This document shows positions 9,856 through 21,700 of a stretch of 64,000 nt of DNA, in pieces. Within the stretch, counting starts at the first letter, position 1, and each line of letters begins with the position of its first letter. The notes below the pieces were generated by a model. That model was not told the origin of the DNA. It was given only the letters and a program-made list of their open reading frames with translations, and ran no database searches. Where the stretch lies: positions 124,001 to 188,000 of the IMG/VR virus record IMGVR_UViG_3300009703_004110; one strand, given 5' to 3'. A program made the translations under genes and the position numbers.

Positions 9856-12800
9856 TTATCCGAAAGATGATACGCCTACTTCAATGTCAATGAAGACGTA
9901 GTTTATTGGGTAAGCAGGCTGGAATCTTACAAACACATTCCATTGTCTTGGGTCGACCTTGTCTCTTTCTACTCTTACATTACTAAAATTAGTAATTAGT
10001 CCTTGAGAAAGTAACGCGGACATAAGTGCGATTACTCTAGAGGTTAATACCGCTTGAGTATTTTCATCTTCGACCGTACCGATGAATGGCTTCATTCCAG
10101 CTCTAAGAGCCTTCTTTGCAGCATCTCGGATGAACATAACTGAAATTTCTTCGTCCTCTACGAATCCAGACTGACTAGTAGTTCTTCCGGCAAGAACTCG
10201 GCCTCCACCAATTACCGGCTGCAGAACAGTTGCTCCAACATTTCCAAGAGAATTAAGGGTTATTTGCTTCAGCCTCTTATCTCTTAAGATTGAGAATCCC
10301 TGAAGAACCTTGTTAGTAAGTGGAAGTGCAACATTCTGATGACCAGAGAACCATCCGCCGGCACAAGCCGCTAGGTAGAATCCGTCAATGAATACATTCG
10401 TTCCATTAATATTTCTTACAATTTGGTCAGGCCAGAAGTACATTGAACGCTTACTTGTGAAGTTATCGCTTAGTTTAAAGTTAACAAGGTCCTCGACATT
10501 GCCATCCAAAACTTCTTCTGGATCATCGCCCTGAATTCCTTCAAGAACTCCAATGTCTTCGACAGCAACTTCTTCTGTTCCAATCAGCGCTGCTGGAGTA
10601 ACACCCTGCTGAGCGCCGAAGAAAGCATAGCGCTCCTTCTGAATAGCGATGGTACTCATATTTTCAGCGTGTGTCACAGCCGCTCTAAAGATACCGCTTC
10701 TGTTCTGAAGAGGCAGAGGAACTACAATTTCGCAGTCCGCAGCCTCAAGCGCCTCATAGGCGTTGAACCAATTAGTATCGAAGAAGTCTGCGTCTAGCTG
10801 ATCGATATAAGAAATCTTGATACCGTCACCTTCTTGTAAAGTTCCGTTATCAACCAAGTCTTTATGTAGAAGTAGTGCAGCTCTTACATCTGTAGTGTTA
10901 GATTCGTCTTTAACAAAATATTGTACATCAAATCCATTACCAGTCATTGCGGTTAAGGATCCGTCGTTAGACACTACCACTACTGTACTATCGTCAGTTA
11001 CTGAAGAGATTACCAATTCAACACCAGGAGTTGTAGACCCGAAGAGTTGAGTACTAATGTCATTATCTGTAGTAGAAATAGTTCCAGAAGAATTTTCTAG
11101 ACTTTGAACAACGATAATCCTACCTACGTCATCTGCATCAAAGTCAACTTCTGCAGTAGTGAAGGTACTGTCGGTAGCATTTAGCTCGCCGTTAAAACCT
11201 TGTCCTGTAATTTCGAAGTTAGTATTGATAATGGTGTAGGAGAATGATGTGTCGCTACTTGATATAAAAGCAGTTTGGCCAACAGCGTTCTCATACTGAG
11301 AGTTGTAGAAAGCTGTCTTGTTAGGGAAGATTTGAGTCTCTACCTCGTCTCTAACTACAAAGATATTAACTTGTGTATCTCCATCAGGCTTCGCTGCCTT
11401 AAGTCCTTCTCTTGGAATAGGAATGATGAACAATAGATCATCAACTTCGCAATCATCAGCATTTCCACCGCAAGCTGTAAACCCGCCATCACCGTTGCTA
11501 TCTACTTCTTCTAGTAGAGTTACAGTGGTTCTTGCAGAAATTGGGGGCTTAGCCTGTAGTGCAAGAACGCCCGGGGCGCCATTCTCAAAGACTAACTGAG
11601 AGCCTAGAGATAGAGTATTTGTTAAGCTTGGAGCACCATGCTTATCAAAAAGAGATGCTGCAGAGGTAAAGAACTCTGGATCGTCAATATCAATTAAGTC
11701 GATATATCTGATCTTAAGCTCGTCGCCTACATCAAGAACTCTAGACTTAACATCTATGAAGAACTTGTCTCCAACTTCAAATGGCACTGCGCCCTCTTGA
11801 ATTCCGAAAAGTAGGATTCCGTTACTCTCTAATAGATGCCAGGTAAGTCCAATTTCGGCTAGGCCGTCACTGTTATCATCCTGCAATCCTGCTGGGAAAG
11901 CTACTGTAGCGTCACCAAGCTTCTGAACTCTCAACCTTCTGGTCGAAGTTACCGCTGTAATTTCGTATTTACCAGTGCTATCTCCGCTGCAAATCATCAA
12001 GACCTTACCAACGTCTCCTCCGGTGAAGCTACCTTCTCCGGATGGGGCGCCAGTTAGACCATTGTGACTGACAGTTGGGTCATCGATGAATAAATCAGTT
12101 GCTCTAATGTCCCATGAGAAGTCATCAGCACCAGCGTCAAGGCTGTCACTTATTAAGGTAATGGTTGTTTTTGTAGTGTCTGAATCGTATGCAAGCTCTG
12201 TAATTTCAATGCCAACATAACCGTCTACACATAAGAAGTCACCAGGTACAACCTGTCCTTGATCGACCAAGTCTCCGTCAATTGAGAATTGATCAGTTGT
12301 ATCTTTTGTAGAGTCTCCAACCTTACGAACTGCATTTCCTACTCCGAAATCTGCATCAGAAGCTACAATAAAGCCGTCTGTACACTCATCATCGTTACCG
12401 GAAACTGCTCCATTGGAGCTTGTTAGATAAGCGCTATGAAAGATAATTGGCTGATTTGCTGCATCGCGAACCTGTCCAGATGATGATCCGGTCAAGGTAA
12501 ACGTAGCTTTGCCAGGAACAGGATCTCCATTGGAATCTCTAATGACACCAATGCATCTCACAGTCCATCTTTCTGCTGGTGCGGAATCGTCAATCACAGA
12601 TATGGTATCAAAGAGGCCGCATGTAGTGTCAATGATTGTTCCTGTACCAACGTTCAAAGAACTGGCAGAGTACTTCTTTCCGTCTTGATCTCCGACACTT
12701 GCGCCCTGAAGCTCTAAGCATCCTGTGGTTGTATCTAATCGATAATCGAACTGACCATCAAAGCTATTTGCATCGATGTTGTCTTCTGTACCAAATAGTA

Positions 12801-13077
12801 AGTTCTCGTTAACGTAAACTTCCGTACGTCCGCTTACGATTGATGTAGCCTTTGTATCAAAGAAGCGTCCGCCAGCAACATCTGTAGGGCTGCAGTCATC
12901 GTCACCATCTGCGCCACCACCTACAGCGGATGCGATTAAAGTGCGCTCCTTAAGACCCTCACCAATCACACAGACAATACGGGTACCGCCAGGAATAGAC
13001 ACACCCTGAGAGATAACTCTATCTCTTGCGAATACTCCTGGCTGAACGTAGCCTGAAATTCCTGGGATATTAGCCAT
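9856..13077 (-). CDS. Contractile tail sheath protein with large insertion domains (1073 aa)
   Basis: N-terminal YVQPGVFAR. C-terminal sheath signatures DGFYLAACAGG, LPLTNK, EEISVMFIRD, VFVRFQPAYPINYVFIDI. Confidence 0.9.
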   Translation of the reverse strand: MANIPGISGYVQPGVFARDRVISQGVSIPGGTRIVCVIGEGLKERTLIASAVGGGADGDDDCSPTDVAGGRFFDTKATSIVSGRTEVYVNENLLFGTEDNIDANSFDGQFDYRLDTTTGCLELQGASVGDQDGKKYSASSLNVGTGTIIDTTCGLFDTISVIDDSAPAERWTVRCIGVIRDSNGDPVPGKATFTLTGSSSGQVRDAANQPIIFHSAYLTSSNGAVSGNDDECTDGFIVASDADFGVGNAVRKVGDSTKDTTDQFSIDGDLVDQGQVVPGDFLCVDGYVGIEITELAYDSDTTKTTITLISDSLDAGADDFSWDIRATDLFIDDPTVSHNGLTGAPSGEGSFTGGDVGKVLMICSGDSTGKYEITAVTSTRRLRVQKLGDATVAFPAGLQDDNSDGLAEIGLTWHLLESNGILLFGIQEGAVPFEVGDKFFIDVKSRVLDVGDELKIRYIDLIDIDDPEFFTSAASLFDKHGAPSLTNTLSLGSQLVFENGAPGVLALQAKPPISARTTVTLLEEVDSNGDGGFTACGGNADDCEVDDLLFIIPIPREGLKAAKPDGDTQVNIFVVRDEVETQIFPNKTAFYNSQYENAVGQTAFISSSDTSFSYTIINTNFEITGQGFNGELNATDSTFTTAEVDFDADDVGRIIVVQSLENSSGTISTTDNDISTQLFGSTTPGVELVISSVTDDSTVVVVSNDGSLTAMTGNGFDVQYFVKDESNTTDVRAALLLHKDLVDNGTLQEGDGIKISYIDQLDADFFDTNWFNAYEALEAADCEIVVPLPLQNRSGIFRAAVTHAENMSTIAIQKERYAFFGAQQGVTPAALIGTEEVAVEDIGVLEGIQGDDPEEVLDGNVEDLVNFKLSDNFTSKRSMYFWPDQIVRNINGTNVFIDGFYLAACAGGWFSGHQNVALPLTNKVLQGFSILRDKRLKQITLNSLGNVGATVLQPVIGGGRVLAGRTTSQSGFVEDEEISVMFIRDAAKKALRAGMKPFIGTVEDENTQAVLTSRVIALMSALLSQGLITNFSNVRVERDKVDPRQWNVFVRFQPAYPINYVFIDIEVGVSSFG

Positions 13078-13130
13078 TGATGTTCCTCCAAAGTATAAAT
13101 AAACTCATTTCATTCTCTTATATTAGTAGT

Positions 13131-13943
13131 TTAAGATATATCAGCAATTTCCAAAATATCATCGTATTTTAATGCTATAGCAGTAGACGTAGAACCGAAA
13201 TTTGGTATAGGGGTTAAAACAGAATCAAAGTAGAAAAGCATTTTCTCAATTACATTATCAATAGGTATTTCGACTCTCCACTCGGAATAAGTCGAAATAC
13301 TTATTGTCTGGTTGTATACATAGTCATTAGCATATGCCTCGGCATTTTCGCCACCAATTGATAGGCTTTGAATAAACAATCCATTGGCTCGCAGTTCATT
13401 CCATGCTACATATTGAAGCATCATGGTGACTGTGTCGACTAACTCTTCCAGCTCAGACTGGCTTTCAGAGTAGATATTAATTTCAAAATTCATGCTCCAC
13501 GCACCAGCATAAACACGATGAGAGGGAGTTAGTGTCTCTGATATTAAACCAAAGGAACTCTCCTCCACATCTTTTCTATATTTGTATGTAGCATTTTGAT
13601 TAAAAGATATCGGCTTATATTGTCCGCCGGCATTTTTAATCACGATGGCTGGATAGAACTTAACTTCATATCTGAATATATCACTGATTAAGATCTTTGT
13701 AGTTTCTTCTGAATCTATTTCTATTCCAGTAAGGTCTCTAGTTTTAGGAAAACCATATTCGTCCATTCTATATGTAAAGATATTGTCACGAGCGAAATGT
13801 TTTCTAAGTGTGTCAATTAAAAGATTTTTTGGCTGAACGATACAAACTTGCTGAATGATCGCATTATCATCATAAAAGTTAGAATAAACTCTATGGTCAC
13901 CATTAAATCCTGTTCCAGGGGTCGCTTGGCTATCAATAGGCAT
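13131..13943 (-). CDS. Tail completion/terminator-like protein
   Basis: Upstream of the sheath gene. Motifs FYPAIVIK and FEINIYSESQSELEELVD. Confidence 0.55.
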   Translation of the reverse strand: MPIDSQATPGTGFNGDHRVYSNFYDDNAIIQQVCIVQPKNLLIDTLRKHFARDNIFTYRMDEYGFPKTRDLTGIEIDSEETTKILISDIFRYEVKFYPAIVIKNAGGQYKPISFNQNATYKYRKDVEESSFGLISETLTPSHRVYAGAWSMNFEINIYSESQSELEELVDTVTMMLQYVAWNELRANGLFIQSLSIGGENAEAYANDYVYNQTISISTYSEWRVEIPIDNVIEKMLFYFDSVLTPIPNFGSTSTAIALKYDDILEIADIS

Positions 13944-14242
13944 TATAATAATCCATTATTTTTATGTTCTATAATATGACATTCATGACATAAAGTAATT
14001 CCATTATCAAGATTAAACATAAGATCTCTGTGCTTAGGCTTTGATAGAATATAATGCGCATGTAGCTCATTCCTTAAATGAGTAACGTTACACTTTTGAC
14101 AAATATAGTTATCTCGCTCCCTCACTTCTTTAGACCACTTTGATAATTTATAAGAATTCTTATAAACAGGATTAGATATACCACAATCTTTACATATCTT
14201 TTCCATACTTGCGCCCGGTAGATTTTGTACATCTATTCCCAT
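13943..14242 (-). CDS. Small HNH endonuclease, possibly inactive
   Basis: WSKEVRERDNYICQKC...LHAHYI...NLDNGITLCHECH. The usual AHH reads AHY here. Confidence 0.75.
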   Translation of the reverse strand: MGIDVQNLPGASMEKICKDCGISNPVYKNSYKLSKWSKEVRERDNYICQKCNVTHLRNELHAHYILSKPKHRDLMFNLDNGITLCHECHIIEHKNNGLL

Positions 14243-14249
14243 AGTTTAG

Positions 14250-14591
14250 TTACCTCATGTGTAAAGGCAGATATATGCTCTCCTCTACTTCTTTTGCCTG
14301 GTTACAAAAGTGTTTTATATTAGTAATATATCGATCAAGTTCCGCTCTATCTTTAAAAGCCTCTTTATTAATAACTACTGTCTTTCTAATTACAAGTTCT
14401 GCAACAATTTCATCAGAAGATACACCGGCCTCTTTACCGGCAATTATTTCAATACAATGATTATCAGACAAAACCTTAGTATCTTTTAAATTAAGTTCTT
14501 TACATATATATTCTGAAATATTATTAATCGTTTTATCAAACTCAGAAGTTCTTTCATCTTTTTCTTGGTGTATTTTAACAGCTAACATCAT
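14250..14591 (-). CDS. Hypothetical protein
   Basis: 113-aa ORF coupled to the upstream gene by a 4-nt start/stop overlap. Confidence 0.6.
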   Translation of the reverse strand: MMLAVKIHQEKDERTSEFDKTINNISEYICKELNLKDTKVLSDNHCIEIIAGKEAGVSSDEIVAELVIRKTVVINKEAFKDRAELDRYITNIKHFCNQAKEVEESIYLPLHMR

Positions 14592-15094
14592 GTCACCTCA
14601 TATTCTTTTGTTCTTTCATTCAATTCAACCGTGCGGTTAATTGGTTTAAACTTTCTATTACCAAAATGGTGATTATACTCAACCCCGTATTTACCTGGAG
14701 GGAGTCTTACGCTCCAGTGTCCATCGTTATTGGAAACCTTTTCTTTAATAACTTCACCAGTTTCATTATAAACAGTAATATTAACACCTTTTATTGGTGA
14801 ATTGTTTTTACTAAAAATATATCCAAATAATTTAATATCACCAATAACTAACCCTTTATTTCGTGCAGGCACCAGAGATGGCCCTGGAGCAGATGCCGAT
14901 GGTGTCTTTGCTACTGCTGCCGCTGATGGTCTGGTGCTAACCCCTCCCTCTATTTTTTTTGACAACTTAGAAACTTTATTATTCAGATTTTTAATATTAC
15001 TATCAATCACAACTAAATACTTTTCAATAGTTTCAAGTCTTTCTGAGATAGCGAAGATTTCATCTATCGCTGACTTTGCTTTCTCTTCTGACAT
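14588..15094 (-). CDS. Coiled-coil protein with C-terminal carboxypeptidase-regulatory/SdrD-B-like beta-sandwich
   Basis: N-terminal heptads and an A/P/S linker, then GYIFSKNNSPIKGVNITVY...SNNDGHWSVRLPPGKYGV. Confidence 0.6.
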   Translation of the reverse strand: MSEEKAKSAIDEIFAISERLETIEKYLVVIDSNIKNLNNKVSKLSKKIEGGVSTRPSAAAVAKTPSASAPGPSLVPARNKGLVIGDIKLFGYIFSKNNSPIKGVNITVYNETGEVIKEKVSNNDGHWSVRLPPGKYGVEYNHHFGNRKFKPINRTVELNERTKEYEVT

Positions 15095-15102
15095 ATTTAC
15101 TC

Positions 15103-18100
15103 CTAACTTAGACTAACAGCATTGCTATTCTCAATGACTCCTTCCATTGTCGGGGCTGTTGGGAATTCTATAATTTCGAATCCATCTTCAAGTTCCGCCG
15201 GAGACATATTGGTGGCTATATTATTGGACACCACAACGTTTCTAAATGTGCCGCTGGCAGAGTTAGAAAAAATAATCCCTCCGAATTCCAGACCCATTCT
15301 GTCGAGCCTGCACCCCGTTACAATCAAGTTACCCATAGTTATGCTACTAGTGGGAGTAAAATCGTTCTCATCTGTTTGTCCTACAGCTATTGCGTATTCA
15401 CCTATTAAATCACTATCAGCCCCAGTTCCGAACTGTATGTCCTCTGGCCCCAAAAAGTTAACGTTCTGAACTCTAAAGGTCGCGACCTGACTAGCAGACT
15501 CGCCTGATTTAATAAGTGGATGAGTAATCGATATCACACAGCCAACCGCCTCTAAATCTTCTGAAGACTCATAAGTGAAATTTTCAAAAGTGACTCCATT
15601 GAAAATTCTGTCTGAGCCTGTTTCAGATGTTTTACCAACCAAGAAGAGCGCATCACCAAAGTCTACATTGCCAGATACGGGAGGAGTACCCTCTGCAAAT
15701 GCCCCAGAACGCTTCAGGACAGTGTCAGGACCTGCTCCACAAATCTTAACATCAAAGTCTACTATAATGGTGCTGGATATTTCAAAATCCCCCTGTTCAA
15801 TATATACTATGGGAGTTCCTTGGTTTGGATACATTTCAGTAAATTTACCAGCATATGCAATTGCTGAACTTATGCTGGTAAAGTGTCCGAAGTTTTGAGT
15901 TTTTGAGACAACAATCTTTCCAGACTTTAGATCTATCCGATCAATGAAATGTCTTAAGTCAACTATTGTTGATTCTGAGGCGTCTATAAATCCTAAGTAT
16001 GCCAACTCTTGATCTGCAAATGGCGCAATTTGATCGGTATAACCATCGGTATAACCGTCAGGATTTGTAATTTGGTTACCTGTTGCGATGCATCCGAAGG
16101 CATCTACAGCCAAGTAAAAGTCCGAACCAGAGTTGATTCGGAAGGCAGAAAATCCAGATATCTCATATCTAATGCCATTAACATATGCTACACCTGCATC
16201 GATATCGACTTCCTGATAATAAATGATATCACCAGATCCATCTGTTTCACCACTATCTATTAAGTTTACATTTGAAAGACCCAGACCTCTAACAATTCCG
16301 TGAGATCTAAGCTCGTTTCTGGGACCCTGGATATATTTCTCTAGCAATGATTCGCTAACTATAGTTTCATCAACAGTTCCGCTACTTCTTTTATCAATAA
16401 CCGATGGAACTCCAACACCAGTATAAGCTCCGAGAACTCTACCAAGTGACGTTGAGAAAGTGCCTCTGCATACTCTATAGTTGTTTAAAGCAATCTCGTC
16501 AAAGCCGTATAGATCTACTGTCTGTGCCACAGCGGGAAGACCGGTACTGTGAACCGAAAGAGTCACATAAGATAGCCCATCATTAGCGAGAAGCCTATAG
16601 ACACCAGACTGCCCGACGTAGATAGAGGCACCGTCAGCTAGGTTTGGATCTGTTAGAGATGCAAATCCAAGTGTATCTACATTGACCGTTGCCTTCTCCC
16701 CGTCTACTACAAACCCTCTTGATACGTCAATAATTGCAGCTTGGAATCCGCCGCTAGAGACTGTTCCATCAATCTCCATTCTCTTATAATATTGAACATC
16801 TTTTTCTTCAGTTATAAAAACATCAATCAGGATAGAGCCATCAACTGAAACAATCTCTGTAAAGTCAAGTTCTTCAATTGGAGCGGAGCATCTTATGATA
16901 TATATTATGCCAGTATCCGCTGGGAGCGCCCCAACAAGGCTGAGGGTAGAGCTATCAAGCGTGACTATGCTTCCGCTGACATCAGAGACGCGATATGTTC
17001 CATCATCATCTGATTCTTCCGAACCAGTGATAACCAGAAGGTCCCCGATTCTTACGCCTTTTTCTGTAAAAGTGCCTGAGAACAAAGAGATAGTATTTGT
17101 TTCTGATATAATTTCTACATCAGCTGATGAAAATTCTAATACGCCACCAAAGGTGTCTAGGATTAGTCCGTTAATATGATATGAGTTTCCGGCCTCTCCT
17201 TCTTTGGTTATATCTAAAACTAAGTCAAGTCCAAGTTCTGAGGCGCCATCATCAGAGGAGCCCTCTTTGACTTCCAAAGTTCTATTTACTACATCTCCTC
17301 CAATATTTGGAAGAATGTGCGTTAATGCCATTTCATAACAATTATTTGATCTAATTTTATAGGCTAAGAAATTCAGATTTTGGTCGACTGCTTGTTCGTT
17401 AATCTTATTGACAATAGATTCAATAGACTGGGTAGTCGCATTTGAATCAAAGGTTTCAATCGTTACTACTGTTCCGCCGTCAATTGAGATATCAAAAGTA
17501 TCTGTGCCGTCTACAATTTTAGAAGGTTGAATTCCAGTGGTTATAACTGTGGCTGCATCCGGATTTGCCACGATAATATCCGGTGTGTTGGTCTTATCAA
17601 AACGTGGCCTTGGCGTAGCATTCAATCCGTTAGCGTTATAGGTTACATAAATGTTCTTCGAAATAGAAGCAGTTAGTCCAGTTGTAGACTCACCTAAAGG
17701 TGCGCCAAATACTACAACTGTAACAAGATCAGAGCCACTATAGATTAATTCAGCAATCTGATAACTCTTGTTATCATTATCAGTATCAGATCCGGCAAGA
17801 ATTAAATAGTCAAAATTTGAGATAGGGTCTAGCGGCGTCTGAGCATTTTCAAAAGAGAATCTAGTCCTAGAGCCTTCTTTGGCATATGTAACAGTCGCAG
17901 CCTCAATTAATACGCTTCCAGTACCGTTATCTTCGTAGTCGTCTACTATAGAGCCCGTGCGTATTCTTCCATTCGATGCAATATTAAGGGTGGTATTTCT
18001 AAGACCGACACTTCCAATGTTCGCAAGATCCTCAATAGCACCCTGCACGTCATCTTGAAAGATTACGTCCTCTACCTCTTCAGTATCAAAATAAATTTGG

Positions 18101-18711
18101 TCAGCGGAATGAGAATTATTTCCAGATAAAACATTGCCACTGAAATTAATATGGCCATTAACAATATCCTCTATTACGTTCTGTAAGTTATCATCAGAAC
18201 CTAGTGAATTAAACGACGTAGAACTCTCATCTAGATCTGCCTCAAGAACTGTTATAGCAACAGCATTATGTCGATCTATAGCGTCAGGATGTACGTGAGC
18301 AGAGATAGTAGCATTCAAAACTACAATTTGTGCAGCGAGTACATCAAGCTCTCCGCTTACAATTGATATTTCATCTTGCAGAACCTGGGTAGGAAAATTT
18401 AGCCTTAGCTTTTTTTCCGCAATTGCAGCTACATTAGATACATCTGTATCAGTAATTGGTCCAGCTAAAACATTGGCCTTCGCCAAAGCCTCTTTCCTAA
18501 TATTGCCTGTATCATCTAGAGAGGAGTTTAATCTTGTAGATACAGTATTACCAGCGACACCTTGCGGATTAATACCGAGAGTCTTCTCAATATTTAGAAT
18601 GGCAGACCTTAGGCTGTTAATAACCTCTGAGCCAATTTCAGTTATATTGTCACGAACTGGTGGCAGCTCCTTCGAGGTATCTAACGATGTTGGATATTTA
18701 GACTTCGCCAT
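15103..18711 (-). CDS. Large virion fibre/spike protein B with C-terminal beta-helix-like domain (1202 aa)
   Basis: Collinear paralogue of 18711-23009. C-terminal HFTSISSAI...VYIEQGDFEI...VKICGAGPDTVL is a pectate-lyase-like opening. Confidence 0.6.
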   Translation of the reverse strand: MAKSKYPTSLDTSKELPPVRDNITEIGSEVINSLRSAILNIEKTLGINPQGVAGNTVSTRLNSSLDDTGNIRKEALAKANVLAGPITDTDVSNVAAIAEKKLRLNFPTQVLQDEISIVSGELDVLAAQIVVLNATISAHVHPDAIDRHNAVAITVLEADLDESSTSFNSLGSDDNLQNVIEDIVNGHINFSGNVLSGNNSHSADQIYFDTEEVEDVIFQDDVQGAIEDLANIGSVGLRNTTLNIASNGRIRTGSIVDDYEDNGTGSVLIEAATVTYAKEGSRTRFSFENAQTPLDPISNFDYLILAGSDTDNDNKSYQIAELIYSGSDLVTVVVFGAPLGESTTGLTASISKNIYVTYNANGLNATPRPRFDKTNTPDIIVANPDAATVITTGIQPSKIVDGTDTFDISIDGGTVVTIETFDSNATTQSIESIVNKINEQAVDQNLNFLAYKIRSNNCYEMALTHILPNIGGDVVNRTLEVKEGSSDDGASELGLDLVLDITKEGEAGNSYHINGLILDTFGGVLEFSSADVEIISETNTISLFSGTFTEKGVRIGDLLVITGSEESDDDGTYRVSDVSGSIVTLDSSTLSLVGALPADTGIIYIIRCSAPIEELDFTEIVSVDGSILIDVFITEEKDVQYYKRMEIDGTVSSGGFQAAIIDVSRGFVVDGEKATVNVDTLGFASLTDPNLADGASIYVGQSGVYRLLANDGLSYVTLSVHSTGLPAVAQTVDLYGFDEIALNNYRVCRGTFSTSLGRVLGAYTGVGVPSVIDKRSSGTVDETIVSESLLEKYIQGPRNELRSHGIVRGLGLSNVNLIDSGETDGSGDIIYYQEVDIDAGVAYVNGIRYEISGFSAFRINSGSDFYLAVDAFGCIATGNQITNPDGYTDGYTDQIAPFADQELAYLGFIDASESTIVDLRHFIDRIDLKSGKIVVSKTQNFGHFTSISSAIAYAGKFTEMYPNQGTPIVYIEQGDFEISSTIIVDFDVKICGAGPDTVLKRSGAFAEGTPPVSGNVDFGDALFLVGKTSETGSDRIFNGVTFENFTYESSEDLEAVGCVISITHPLIKSGESASQVATFRVQNVNFLGPEDIQFGTGADSDLIGEYAIAVGQTDENDFTPTSSITMGNLIVTGCRLDRMGLEFGGIIFSNSASGTFRNVVVSNNIATNMSPAELEDGFEIIEFPTAPTMEGVIENSNAVSLS

Positions 18712-21700
18712 TAATCGAATCCTCCAATTCCTTCTACAGTTGTTGTTTCAACCACATAAGATATATACGCAACATGCTCTTTAAAAGAAGATACGGCCTG
18801 GCGATTAAATTTAATATAAAAATATTTATAATCAGAACCAGATATAGATAAGCCAGATAAATCAACTACATTAAATCCAAGCGCACCATTAGGGTGTATA
18901 CCGATAGTCATTGGATTTGCAGAAGAGCTGGCTTCAGAAGATTGCGTGAGATCTAAATCTTCTGAAAATATTTCATAATCGTGATTTCCAAACTCACCAG
19001 ATCCAGCTATTATTTCTGAATAAAAATGGATCGCCAGTTGAGTCAGCGTTTGTCCGTTTAAAATATCAGGAAGGCGCATCTGAACAAAGTCAGTAGTGTT
19101 AGTTCCATCCAGCAGAATAGTCTTGACCTCTCTACTTCCGTTATTAAATGTACTAAAGGCTGATCCAGGTGTCGGCTCGCCCATAGCCACGTCAGGCAGC
19201 TGATCGACGTGCGCGTATTTGATAGCATTCCTAGCAGTATTATACTTATAAAGATCTGCCTTTATAAAGTCAGTCGACTCAACAAATCCGCCAATATACT
19301 GATTACTTTCTGTTCTAGCACTAATACCATCTATACTTTGAACTAATGTTGGCGCAGTTGCAGAATCTGAAACCTCATGATTGTCTGCAATATAGTTACC
19401 ATAAACTTCTATATTGGATCCATCATTAGCATCATCAAAGCTCACAACATTATTATGTAATAAATAACCAGTGTCATTAGAGTAAAGTACATTATTACTA
19501 AATCTAAAATTTTGAATTCTACTAGCTGTTGTGAATATGACATATGAATCTATAAACTTACAATTATCAATAACGATGTTACCTTTATTTGTGGTTTTAT
19601 CATCAAGTTCAGTAATCGACACACCTCTTCTGCCAATCAGATCATCAAGATTGACAGTGGTAAATGCCGCATCAAAATCGAAAGTAACATTTTTAATCTC
19701 TACTCCAAAGGTAAATGGCGTTCCAGTATCGTCTTCGACATTTAAATCGACACAAGATACCCTACAATTATCCATTCTAAAATCTGAAAGCTTAATAAAT
19801 CCAGAACTAAAAGTACTATTTGGTGCAGTTATTGTTGCAAATTTATCACCAGGTATAAATATAATCCCTCTAAATGAAGCAACTTGATCGGAAAAAGTAT
19901 ATTCTGTTCTTATCTTCAGAATAGTTCCATCGCCTTCTCCAGTGATTGTGACCGGAAAATCGATAAGAAGCCCTTGATCATATACTGCCGTATAAAGACT
20001 GTCATATATTACATCCGGGTCCGCGACAAAATCAGTCTCCCACTCATCATAGGTCCTGGTAGATTCATCCTTTTTAACGGTAACTTCGTGTGTACCAGAC
20101 TTCAGATGAATAGTTGGTGTGCCAGCCAACGGGAACATATCAGAAAATCTTTCTGCATATTTAAGAGCCTGCGTTACACTGTCGAAGTGTGCAAGTCTAT
20201 AGTCTGGAGATACTGTAATAGAATTTAACAGAGTTAGATCTAAATCGCTAATAAACAATCTAAGATCGTAAACTCGAACAGTAGTTTGATCGTATTCAAC
20301 TGTAGCTAAAATCACAGAATCATCATCAGCAAATGGATTATCACAAGTACTTGCCTCTGCCGGTTCAGCTAAAATCTCACCTTCGGAGTTGATTGCAACA
20401 TAAAACTTATCTACTGTGGCCGATTCTATATCCGTTTCAATTGTAACAGTAGATGGTATTTCAAACCTTCTTCCACGAACATAGCAAGTTCCTGATCCAA
20501 CAGTTATGCTATACAACCCATCGTTGATTACAGGGGAGGTAACCTGTAGTCCATATGTTACACCATCACTCCTAAGTTCATTGATCGGCCTTTCCGTACC
20601 TTTATGTATAGCATCCGTTCTTAGATCATCCCATCCAACAGACCCTCTCTGAACAGGAGAAAATACCCTTGGGTTGTCTGGATCGACGCCACCAACTATT
20701 CTACCTCTATAATTTCCAAACGGTACTCGTCCAAGCATCAAAACGGAATCTTCATTAATGCCGTCAAAGGCATATACTGTGGTAGTTATGGTTCCATTGG
20801 CAACAATTTTAGATAGCAGAGTTGCCGCATTTGGAATATAAACTCTCAACCTTCTATTGTCTGTACCTGATTCAATCCATATATATGAGTCGCTTCCGAT
20901 GGCCCTCTGTTTAGTTCCGCCATCTAGAGAAATATTAACTATACTGTTAATATCTTCTATAGTTAAAGTTAGCGTCTCATCCTTGGCAAACGGCCCTTCG
21001 TAATCTGAAATAGAGATAAGAGCATCAATGCCAGAAATTTCTACACCATATTCGAGCCTCTTATTCGAAAACAAGTTTTGATTCTCATCTATAAAAACTT
21101 CCATCATTGTTGCGCCGATCGAGCCGGCGACAGCATCAAAGACAGTATCGTCCAGGTTTATAATATTTTCATAGATTTCAAATACCGCATCATCACCTGG
21201 CGAACCAGCGAATCCGCTCGGTATTTGATCGGTATCGATCACAAGTGACGTAGAGGTCACATCTGAAATTACAAAGCTTCCATCATCTGTACCTTCTTCC
21301 GCACCAGATATGGTAATTAGATCACCATTCTTAATACCAGCTTTCAAAAAATCGACTGATGCACTTCCTATAGTGATTGATGTTGTTCCCGCAAAATATG
21401 ATAGACCAGTAGTATTTAATTTTTCTCTTAGACCAGAGAGTGGCAACCCTTTTATAAAATAAAGTGAACCAACTTCTGCAGAGATATCCAAGTCTTTAAG
21501 ATGAGACAGCCCCGCTGTTGTAAGTGCACCATCGCTACCTTCTCCGATCATCAGGGTCCTCTGATTATCAGTAGTGTCTGGTAAATTATGAACAATAGCG
21601 AACTCAACTCCGCCATCACGAAGCTCTAATCTGTAAGCCAAGAACTTAAAATTGCCTTCAACCGCCTGCTCATTGATTTTCTTTACAATGGAATCAACAG

